DNA of 64,000 nucleotides from Lytechinus pictus (taxonomy: Eukaryota): assembly GCF_037042905.1 (NCBI RefSeq), contig NC_087245.1, positions 17,610,001-17,674,000 on the forward strand. Reading direction: 5' to 3'. Position numbers and translations under genes: made by a program. Below are positions 23,501 through 34,590 of the stretch, one piece after another (within the stretch, counting starts at the first letter, position 1; every line of letters starts with the position of its first letter). The notes under the pieces are model-generated. The model worked only from the letters and a program-made list of their open reading frames with translations. It was not told where the DNA came from and ran no database searches.

Positions 23501-26500
23501 TGACCAATATGTGATGTATGTAGTTAGAAATCATGTTTAAGACAATATTTTTAATCGTACATAACAGTTACATGCATTTTATGATTCTCACTCTTGTGAA
23601 AATTAGTTTGGTTAGGGCTTGTAGCGGCTATTTTGAATGTCAAAATACAGTATTTATCACCTACATGGCAGAAGAAATGCTATAATTCCTTCAAAATTAT
23701 GTTTTCAAATAATATTTTACTCATACAACAGGATTATATGGATTTCATAGTCAAGCAAACCCAAATTCTTACAAAATTATATGTCCCCATTTACATTCTA
23801 GATAATACTGTTAGGGCCTTTATGGGCCAATTTTGAATTTCACAATACAGCATTTATCTCATGCATGACAAAAGAAATGATATGCCTCGCTAGAAAACAT
23901 GTTTTCAGACAAAATTTTACTCGTAGATCACAATTACATGCATTTTATGTTTCTTACTCTTGTGAAAAATAGTTTCTCCATTTGCATTGTACATAATAAA
24001 TATAGGGCCCATGGCGGCCATTTTGAATGTCAAATTATAGCATTTATCACATACATGGCATAATGAATAATATCTTTTGTTAACAATTCTGTTTTTAGTC
24101 AGTATTCCACTCGTTTATCTTAATAATATGCATTTTAGTGCTCACTCTTGTGAATTTTTTGGCCCCCATTGCCATTGTACATAATACTGTTTGGGCCAGT
24201 GGCGACTATTTTAAATATCAAAATACAGCAATTTTCCCATACATGACATAATATATATATCTCGTTAGTAATGGTGATTTGCATACTGTACTTCGTTCAT
24301 ATATCACGATTTCTTGCGGTTTAGTGCTCATTTTTGTGAAAATGAGTTTTCCCTATTCATGTTAAAAATAATAGAGTTTACAGAGGCCTATGGCGGCCAT
24401 TTTGAATATCCAGAAAATAGATATTTTGTCAAAAATTATTTTTTCAGAGAGTATTTCACTCCTGCCACAAAATTTCATGCATTTATTGCTAATGTGCGGG
24501 CAATTTTTATGACTTTCATGGGTAATTCACATATTTTGGCGGCCGTATTGGATTTTGCCAATTTGTGGAAAATGCTCAAGGTTACACGAGTGACATCATT
24601 CAGATTCGTAATCAGCACCCTCGAATTGACAAGCAACCATAAAAAAATATTGTATATATGAAAAAACAAGGTTCGTCAATTTTCTATGGGGCCAATCCTG
24701 GACTAAATCATGCTTAAAACAGCGGACAATAGACATTTTAAAAATCTATTTTGGGTATTCACATACGTGATTTTGACAGCTTTTTCAAAATGAAACGTTT
24801 ATCGTTCATCAAATTTTGATTTTTGTTTATATTGCTTATGTAATTCTACATTACACATTACTACCGAACCAACAGCAACGGTAATTATCATTTCCCTAAT
24901 CATCCCCGGGTAATTTGTGCCTTGTCACTCACGGGAAACCCCCCCCCCCCCCCCCCCGCTCGTAATCGCGATATCTGCGCGATGGCGGAAAATGACGGTT
25001 GCATCTTAGCAAACTTTCACTAAATCTATATTATCTTGTCCCATACACGGATTAACTATTTTTTTAAACTATGTTTTTTTATGGAATTTTTCGTCGATAC
25101 TTCAAAGTGCTATTTAAATCGAATGTTACAAGGGCCGCGAAACCGAAGGGGGAGGGGCGGGTGTTGCTTCATCTCTCCCAGTATTTAACCATTTTCACAA
25201 AGAGTGAAAATGACCAACGATTTTATGCTTGCCCCCCCCCCCCTCGCTTTCCATATCGTTCTGCAGCCCCTCTGTAAAAAGATACAGTTACTAATTTTGA
25301 CTAGAAACAGAGTTTACATTGGATTTGTGCATGAAATCACTTTTTTATAGCAAATTTGGGCCTAACAATAACCATGAACAGATGACCAATAAACAAATTA
25401 CGATAATTTAAGGGGTACTCCAGGCTGAAAATGATATGATTTAAAAAAGATTTAAAAAAAATAGACAAACAAAACACTGAAGAATTGTTTGAAAATGGAC
25501 AAGGAATAAAAAAGTTATGACATTATATAGATTTGCATTATTTCGGTGAAACAGTTCTAAACATGTCTTCATGAGTAGACCGATAATATCATATCCCCAC
25601 TTGTTCTTTTGTATTTTTTTACATGAAAGTATGTTTATTCATTTTTTTCTTTAAGAACAAAATATAAAAGGATAGACAATTGATATAATATTTGAGATAT
25701 TCATGGCTGCAACTTATTTTATAATGATAAAGATATATCACACACACATGTATGAAAATATGAAATAAATATGATTTCATGTAACAACATAAAAAGGTAA
25801 AGTGGGGAGGTGACATCATCAGCCCACCTACTGAATATTCATGCAACGTTCATATAACTGTTTCACAATATTGCTGAATTTTACTATAGGCAAATATACT
25901 TAGATATAATAATTTTCAACCCGAAGTAACCCTTTATTCTGATGTTGATTACATTTTCAATGTAATGCTTGTTTAAATTTATTTCAAAGTAAATGAATAA
26001 AGATATTAATGGATGAATTGAAAAAAAATAGATAAAATATAATGACGTGACAAAAAATTAATGAATTACAAAATAATATTTATGCACGGAGCATTTTTCA
26101 ACTTAGGGGCCCTACGAAAATAAGAAGTAAAAATAAAGGTGCTGATACTTAGAACCTCGGGTGCGATACGTCAGACATATTTTCATTATATTTTCTCTTC
26201 AATCGCAATCTTGAATTTACATGACTGTTTTAAGGTTCTATATAGTCTTAGACTAAATTAAATTTAATGTATGTATTTACTATCTTCAACAAAGCTACCG
26301 AATCGGGTTTTCATCATATACCGGTACTGCAGAAGAAGGGCTAGATGCAGCCAACGGACAAGCCTTCTTAACTTATGACAATGACCATGATGATTGTGCT
26401 TTTCTGTACAGAGGGGCGTGGTGGTATAACGACGTATACTGTGATACCACAGCCAACTTGAATGGGGATCACGGACTCCAATATGGTTTTACAGGGATTT

Positions 26501-26556
26501 TTTGGGATTTCCCTAACTCAAAATACATGAGAGCTACAGAAATGAAGTTAAGATGA
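17533..26556 (+). CDS. Secreted mucin-stalk fibrinogen-related protein (FReD; ficolin/MFAP4/tenascin-C-terminal-like), copy A
   Basis: Manual exon model with GT/AG junctions and consistent phases: 17533-17535 (ATG|gtaagc), 17953-18022 (signal peptide SVVCSSQSLPIFLFLIAVSFVHG), 18439-18618, 19561-19713, 20137-20298, 20722-21101 (mucin then SCKTL..SGVYAISP..VYCDMTTDSGGWTIFQ), 21439-21650 (KRYDGSVDFYRNYTEYVRGFGDVEGEYWLGLD..LRIDM), 26295-26556 (YTGTAEEGL..NGQAFLTYDNDHD..GAWWY..NLNG..TEMKLR*). Total 1422 nt, 473 aa, open frame. The FReD motifs are unambiguous; the N-terminal exons are less certain. Confidence 0.88.
19175..20870 (+). repeat. 585-bp intron+exon tandem repeat (3 units) building the mucin stalk; also ~59930-61605; 2 units in copy B
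   Basis: Exon starts at 19561, 20137, 20722, with homologous preceding introns. Confidence 0.92.
21943..24705. mobile_element. Academ-like non-autonomous foldback element in the last intron of copy A
   Basis: TAG..CTA ends (tagtacaggat / atcctggacta) and ~1-kb imperfect inverted arms with internal repeats. The 3-bp TSD AAT is preserved in copy B. Confidence 0.7.
25411..25933. mobile_element. Old Kolobok-like MITE in the last intron (copy ~42561-43306)
   Basis: Ends aggggtactccaggctgaaaat / attttcaacccg(a/g)agtaaccct with degenerate TTAA-like flanks. Confidence 0.5.
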
Positions 26557-27357
26557 TCGGATTGATCCATGTTGTTGTCATTCCTTTCTACCTAATTTTT
26601 GAAGTTCTTATACATAGTTATTTTAAAGCACAATGTAGTCCAAGTGATTGTGTATATTAGAGAATCACTTGAAAAACAGGAATAAGCAATTTAAACATAT
26701 TTCATGTAATGATCTATATCTATAATGGATTTCATGTCAACATGGTAACACGAACATGGGCCTCATGTTTCGGAGGGGGGGGGATGGGCTGCTCACGTAT
26801 AATGGTAGAACCGGTACGTGGCTCTTAAGACCCCTTTTCACTCATTGACCAACCCGTTCTCCCTCGCTCATTCATGTCCTAACTAAGCCCTTTATTTTAT
26901 TCGTCAGTTCTCGATGACCACATTTCATTGTAAATTCCACCCACCCCCCCCCCCAAAAAAAAAATGCAGAACTTCAGTTCTTATGAGTATGGCATCTGAT
27001 TTTCTGGCCAAACATCCGTATCCTTTCCAATCCGAGTGGGGGGGGGGGTGCCTCTCACTGAAAACCAGTCCAGAATGATAGTCCTTTCTCAAGAGCTTTC
27101 AAGACACTGGACCCTGGTTCATTTCACACCTTAAGGGCGCCACCTATTGCTGTTCTTTACCAGGAAACGAAACAAAACTGTTTATTCATATTTATTTATC
27201 AAAACCTAATAGACAATCATTATTCGGAGTTGTTAAAACTCATATTAGTGAAAAGTGCGTAAGTTTCAATATTTTACATCAAATCCAGACAATAACAGAC
27301 TGTCATGAAAATAGCATTTTTCTCGTGACAATTTTATTTCCACTCTACAAAATCCCA

Positions 27358-27575
27358 GCCATGGCGTAATTTCTTTCAGCAAGAAATTTATCCACATTGT
27401 GCTGCACTCAACCCAGGTGAGGTGAATGGGTACCCGGTAGGAAGAAATTCCTTGAATGCTTGAGCAGCCCAGCTAAAGCCAGGGTAATAATAATAGCAGG
27501 GCCTGCTGGGAGAACAGTTTTCAGAACTGAAGTGGCTTCCCTGTGTAAATATACCTATATAACTATATTATTATA
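27358..27575 (+). mobile_element. 5'-truncated SINE relic (copy ~44735-44952)
   Basis: Core cactcaacccaggtgaggtgaatgggtacc resembles conserved metazoan tRNA-SINE core domains and is followed by an (ATT)-like tail. Recognised from memory, not by database search. Confidence 0.55.
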
Positions 27576-30458
27576 AAATACGTACCTTTTAAATTTATCT
27601 TTGATACAACCGATGTAGAAGAAGCTTGGCTATTATAGTATGACGTATAAATTTATATGTCTCTCTCTCTCACTTACACACTCTCCCCTGCATTATTTTC
27701 TATTATTCATGCCATGTAAGTAGACTTAAGTTCTTGACGAAATACTGTTATCTTTTTGTTTATCTGCTTATATTCCTCAAATTGTATATTTGTTTTGCAT
27801 AACCTTGTATTTTTGTTTTTAACAAAATATTGGCGAATGCTAGTGATGCTCTAATAATAAATTCAGTTCAATTCATGTTAGCAGTAAACAAACATACTCC
27901 AAGGAAGAAAAAAACGAGCTCGGTCTAAAGTCTGTCCTTGGATGTACGACGAGTTAATTAGTGAGATGAATAGACGAAATAAGTTTCATAAAATGATATT
28001 AAAGTATAATTGCTCAGAATAAACTGACAATGGACAAAACATCGAGAATTATCGTTTACCCTTTCAAGCCACTTTAAATTTTAATGTGGAAGTGTGTGGA
28101 CATTTGTAAAATGTTGATTTATAACTTGTCAAATTTTGAGGATTTTCACATTTTTGAACTGTCTGACTGTTATTATACCATATTTCACCCAATTTCTGGA
28201 TATATTAATGTTTTGATATATATTTCTTCATGTGTTAATTTAATATCCACATTTTGTGATCAAATAAAATTGGAAATATTCGCAATTATCTATTTTCAAC
28301 AAAACTCACTTTTCAGTTTTCCCATGAACAGATGAAACTGGCGACATCACGGGTCGCCAACAAAGGCTACATTGCACCTGTGTATTCTTTTGTACTTCTT
28401 TATGAATCGAAAGCTACATGAATAAATTTGCATTTCGTTGACACTCCATCTTTTTTACCTCGATGGAATTATCGACCAATTTCTCTCCTTAGTTATAATT
28501 TTTATCGAAGATTCAAGAGAGAGCTGTAGTTGCGTAACTATGGGGGGGGGAGAGATAACGGAGGAAAAAGAAGAGAATTGAGGAAGGAAGAAAGAGAGAC
28601 ATTGTGACAGACATTGTGGGAAATGAAAGAAGGGGAATGTAAGTAATCTTATTTTGATAATTTGATGAAAAATAATGTGCATAGGGTCTATGTGCTCATC
28701 ACTCCTGGTGCTCATATTGTCTGATTAGATACATAATCCCGTTCAAGAGGATTAAATGGAGCAATGCATTTTCAAGTCATACACCAAATATTTTTCCTCG
28801 AGCGCTCGTCAGGCCTAATTCGCTTTGTGAATTAGGATATCCCTCGCTTCGCTCGGGAAGCAGCCGCCAGGGCCTCGACAAGAGGCTACGTCAGTGGCTG
28901 TTCAGACAGCAGCATCAAATGCAGCACCATCAACCGGAAAAATTATGCAATAAAAATGATTTCTACAGGAGCACCTCAAGGCTCAGTCCTTGGGCAGCTG
29001 CTATTTACCATCTTTATTAACGATCTACCAATACAAGTCGAGACGTTTTTTCATGTACTGTTGTAATGTTTGGTCTAATCGATTTCTAAACAATAACGAA
29101 ATAAGCACATAACGAAATAAGCACAATAACGATGAGCACATAGACCCTATGCACATTATTTTTCATCAACTGCACAAGCGTGCAGCGTATAGGGCTATTA
29201 GCCTATATCCGGTTTCTCTTGGATGACCCCATCAAAACACGTATTTTATCAACTTACAACCAGCACAAAAAAATGTTGATTTGATTTGAATAAAAAGAGA
29301 AAATCAAACAAGCATAACACTTAAAATTTCATCAGAATCGGTTGTAAAATGAGAAAGTTATGAAATTTTAAAGTTTTGCTTAATTTCACAAAACAGTTAT
29401 ACGAATACTGGTCGGTATGCAAATGAGGAGACTGGTGATGCCATCCACTCACTATTTCTTTGTATTTTAGTATATGAAATATGTAATATTCTCATTTTCT
29501 CCTCATCGTCAAGTGAAATAACGATTAATTCCTCCCTGAACCCGTGGAATTAACATTGTATAGATGTGGACGTCATTGGACGAAGCGGGTATTGGACGAA
29601 ACTGGGTCGACGGACGAACTGACGGACAATTTGGTCGAAATGATTATGTCGGGGCACTGTGGGCAATGGTAATGGACCTGAATCAGCAAAGCCCCCCCCC
29701 CCCAAAAAAAAAAAAAAAACGAAAGAAGGAAGGAAAGAAAAATGGGCTAAGGTAATCAATTTCAATGGGGTTTTATTGACCAAATGTCGTATATTCCCTG
29801 GAATCTTTCCGTCAACTGACAAAAGACACCTTTGTTTCAAGACTCGTAAAATTTACAACATTTTTAGGCGTAATTCATATATTCCCATGTCCCACTTTTT
29901 TAATACATTTTTTTGTTATTTATCTGCATCTTCACTTCGTTGTTGCGTTGTATTAAGTTATACTAATTGTCTTGTTATTGTATTTCTATATCATAAAAGC
30001 CAAGTCCACCCCAACAATCAAGAAGTGGATTTGGAGAAAGTGGAGAAAAATCTCGGAGAAAAATCAAACTACTATAATTATAACGCTGCATCATGAGACG
30101 GCTAGTCTGATTGGAGGTTTACTAGGCATTTAATTAATTAAAGTTCTCATCGAGGAAAAGTTCTTCATCACGGTCAAGTGTTAAATAATACTTGATCGAG
30201 AGCTCAATATCTCTCTAAACTATTGTGGCGGCAGCATACTATTTTTAAAAGGTTATTTTGATAGAGTCTCGCGTTACAATAGAGACGGACACATTACCTC
30301 AAAAGGCAAATCCTTGATGGGCCTATTTAAAGTGACCCATTTTGCAAATTGCATGTCTTTTCTCTAAACACTCTGTTGGGACGGATCTGAGTATTTATGA
30401 ATTTGGTGGAGAAAATGTTATGTTTCTCTTTAAAAAAAATTTTTTTTAATCTTTTAAA

Positions 30459-33400
30459 ATTTGACCTCAGGAATAACATACTAAAAATCTACCAAAATCG
30501 GGGCATCCGGGGCTAAGTGGTTATTTTCAACATGGCGTCCAAGATGGCCGCAATTCACTGAAAATGGATACAACTGACTTATTATCCACCCTAGAATCCT
30601 ATTTCGGTTAATAATCCATGGTCTAGGGGTAAAAAATGTTGATACAGGCTAAAGTGAATTATAGCACCTCCAGTGTACCTGGCAAATCCAAGATGGCGCC
30701 CAAAATGGCTGCCGTAGACTGAAAATCCACAATTCATCTAAGTGGCTTTAATTTTGTTTTTATTCAATGGTTTTTAGGGTGAAGTAGTACATTTGAACAA
30801 GTTACAAGGACAGCCAGTGGTCTAGTGTGTCCAAATATCCAAGATGGCTTAAAAAAATGTTTAAAATGGCTGTTGATCATTAAAATGGACATAGTTCATT
30901 TCATATCCACCTGGGACATAATCAGGGGCGTAGACAACGGGGGGGGGGGGGGATGAGGGGGATGCATCCCCCCCACCTCACAAGGTGGGGGGGATGGCAT
31001 GTACAATCATCCCCCCAGGTTTTGGGGAATGATATTTGGTTACTTAATAAGTCATAATGATGATAATAATAGTAATAATAATAATGATAACAACTATAAT
31101 ATTAATAATAATAATAATTATGATGATGATAATAATAATCCTCATCATTATTGTAATTGTGTTTATTGTTATTAGCCGCATTCACACGGTGAAAGCCAAT
31201 TCAGACGGTAAAAAAAAGGAAAATCTTACAAGTATTTTGTGGTTATCTTGTGGTTTGGAAAGGGTCAAATAATACATTAGGATAAGTTACAAGGAGTGTC
31301 AGTGATCTGATATGTCCAAACATCGAAGATGGCTTCCAAAAATTGATCTTAAAAATAGGCTGCTTATTCTTAAAGCGGACAAAGCTCATTTCATATTGGC
31401 CCGAGAGATGCGATTTTGGTATCTAAACCACAGTGGTTTCAAGGGTCAATTAATACATTAGGATAAGTTACAAGGACTGTCAGTGATCTGATATGTCCAA
31501 AAATCGAAGATGGCTTCCAAAAATTGATCTTAAAAATAGGCTGCTTATTCTTAAAGCGGACAAAGCTCATTTCATATCGGCCTGAGAGATGTGATTTTGG
31601 TGTCTAAACCACTGGTTTCAAGGGTCAAAATATTCATTAGGACAAGTTTTAAGGACAGTCAGTGGTCTGGTATGACCAAAAATCCAATATGGCTTCCAAA
31701 AATTGATTCTAAAATGGCTGCTAATACTTATTTTATATCCGCCTGTGATTTGATTTCGGTGTCTAAACTATGGTTTTAAGGGTCAAATCATATATTAGGA
31801 CAAGTTACAATGACAGTCAGTGATCTAGTATGTCCGAAATTCCAAGATGGCTTCCAAAAATGGAGTTAAAATATGTCTGATGTTACTAATAAAATGAGAT
31901 AGTTTGTTCAATATGTGTCTGGGGAATATGAGTTCGGTGTCTAAACCATGGTTTAAAGGGCCTAGTAATACACTAGGGTAAGTTACAAGATGACTTGAAA
32001 AATGGGGTGAAACTTGACTGTTGTTACTTAATTACAAATACACCTCGGAGGTATGATTTTACTGTCTACACTATAGAGTTTAAAGGGTCAAGTAATACAT
32101 TGGGTTAAATTGAAAGGACAGTCAGATGTCAGGTATGTCCGAAAATTGAAGATGGCTTTAAAATTGGGGGTCTTAAATGACTGTTGTTACTTAAAATTAG
32201 ATAGAGAACATTACAAATACACATTGGGGATATTATTTTGGTATCTACACTATAGGGTTTCAAGGGTAAAAAAATACTTTGTGACTGGTTACCATGATAT
32301 GCAGTTATCCATTTTGCCTTAAAATCCAAGTTGGCTGTAAAAATGGGTTGTAAAGTGACTGCTGTTAATTAAAAATTGACATAGTTCATACAGTATCCAC
32401 CTGTGAAAAATAATCTTGGTGCCTACACTTAAATGCATGGGGATAAATTATCATATTGTTTCATGAGTTGGTAACAGCACCCATTTTGATGAAATTTTAG
32501 AATCCGCCATGGATTTTTTTGACAAAATGGAATACTAACCATCCTTATTACTTGTCCGAATGTATCATTTGACCCTTCATACCAAAATTTAAACACCAAC
32601 ATTATTTCTTACAGATAGATATTGCAGAACTCTGACCATTATTGAGTGATATGAATCGTTTTAGATGTCTTTTTTGAAAACCCTCTTGGACAACTGCATA
32701 TCCATGTAACCAGTCCAAACGTATTATTTCAACCATGAAACCAAAGTGTGTACACCGAAATCATATCTTCTTGGTGGATTTTAAATGAACTATGTCAATT
32801 TTAAAAGTAACAGCAGTCACTTTAGAGTCCGATTTTTTGGAAGCCATCTTGGAATGACGACATACTGGACCACTGACTGTCCTTGTAACTAATTTTCTGA
32901 CTTTTAAAACCATGGTAAAGACATCGAAATCATATACCCTTGATGGATATTACATGAGCTATATCCATTTGTAAATACCAGCGGCTAATTTATACTATTT
33001 TTTAAGCCACTGTGGACTTTTGGGCAAACTTTGACCACCCTTCGTCCTTTTAACTTATCCCAATGTATTATTTGACAATTGAAAGCATGGTCTAGACACC
33101 GAAATCATATCTCCCAGGTGGATATTATATGAGCTATGTCAATTTTAAGTATCAACAGCCATTTTAAACTCAATTTTTGGAAGCCATCGTGGATTTTTGG
33201 ACACACCAGACCACTGGCTGTCCTTGTAACTTGTACCGATGTACTACTTCACCATCAAAACCATTGAATGAAAACAAAATTAAAGCCACTTAAGTAAGTA
33301 ATAAATGAATTTTTTGTTTTTTAGCCTCCGGAAGCCATTTTGGGCGCCATCTTGGAATTTCCTGGTACCCAAGAACACTAATATTCACTCTAACTTGTAT

Positions 33401-33583
33401 CAATAAATTATTTTACCCACTGGAACATGGAATATGTACCTAAATAGGATTCTAGGGTGGATAATGAGTGAGTTATATCCATTTTCAGTGAATGGCGGCC
33501 ATCTTGGACGCCATCTTGAAAATAACTACTTTCCCACATGCGGATTTTGGTAGATTTTTAGTATGTTATTCCTGAGGTCAAAT
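30459..33583. mobile_element. Foldback-type element upstream of copy B only; ~130-bp internal repeats, nested hAT fragment and (ATA)n
   Basis: atttgacctcaggaataacatactaaaaatctaccaaaatc at 30459 is the reverse complement of the sequence ending at 33583. Lies within a block (~30371-34046) absent upstream of A and C. Exact termini and TSD not resolved. Confidence 0.7.
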
Positions 33584-34451
33584 AGTACAAAAAACAGTTG
33601 AAAAATCATTTGTTGCAATTTGTTCCGGGTCAAACCATATAATGAAATGATAGAAAAAGATGCAACCAAAATTAAACACAGACAACTCTGCTGAAGTATC
33701 AGCAACCGGTTTTTTTTTAAGAGTCGAGTATCGTTAATTAAGAATGCACGAAACCGCCCTTACAGGGCGAGATCTAATTGGTCATTTTGCGTAACCAAGA
33801 AAAACATTATTTACATAATATTACTCAGTCCGTGTCTCTTAGGGTTCAACACGTATCGGAAATGCTTTCTTTTGAAATTCATCTGCTGTTCGGAAAATAC
33901 TGTCTTTAATAATAACAGGGGGAAATTTCTTTGCGTCCAACAAAAAAAATCAAAATTGCTTTTGATTCTTTTTTTTTTACACATTATCACATAAACGTAT
34001 TTCAGGCTTCTTTGATATCATAAAATAAACTCAGAAATTGTCACAACAACTCTCTAAATGTAAACTGAAACTAATCAAACTAATTACTATGTCAGAGTTG
34101 TGTAAAGGGCCTATCCCATTCAACAAAATCTAAGGCAATATTTTTTTATTTTGCTTAAATCTGTTTGCCAGAGTGCACATATTGACTCTTATCCTCGGTA
34201 AACTTCAGCAAAAGTTGCCATAATTAAGCGAACCTTTAAATAAAATTCACAATTATCGTTTATACCATCACGACAACTTGATACTTTATATATAGTGTAT
34301 ACCAATTTGATAAGCATCAATATCAAAGGCCAGATATTGCAGAATAAATATAATATTCATGAACGTCTTTGTGATAGCTAATTATGTCCTTCATACAAAC
34401 GTCCTTGGCTCGATGGCGTTATTCTCCCATGCAGCGGATGGGAGGCCTCGA

Positions 34452-34458
34452 TATAAAA
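34452..34458 (+). promoter_or_regulatory. Candidate TATA box of copy B
   Basis: TATAAAA at the position paralogous to 17374. Confidence 0.45.
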
Positions 34459-34590
34459 TGTTGATATCATTACTGTAACAACGGCACATTCAGATGAACA
34501 CATTCTTCATTCCGAGAGAGGAACTATACCTCTTTCACACTTTACGAAACTATTTGAAGATTTCCTTCTGCTGCTCTCAGGACTCGGTGC

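Noticed and set aside
31057..31272. Poly-Ile hydrophobic ORF
   Set aside because: (ATA)n microsatellite.
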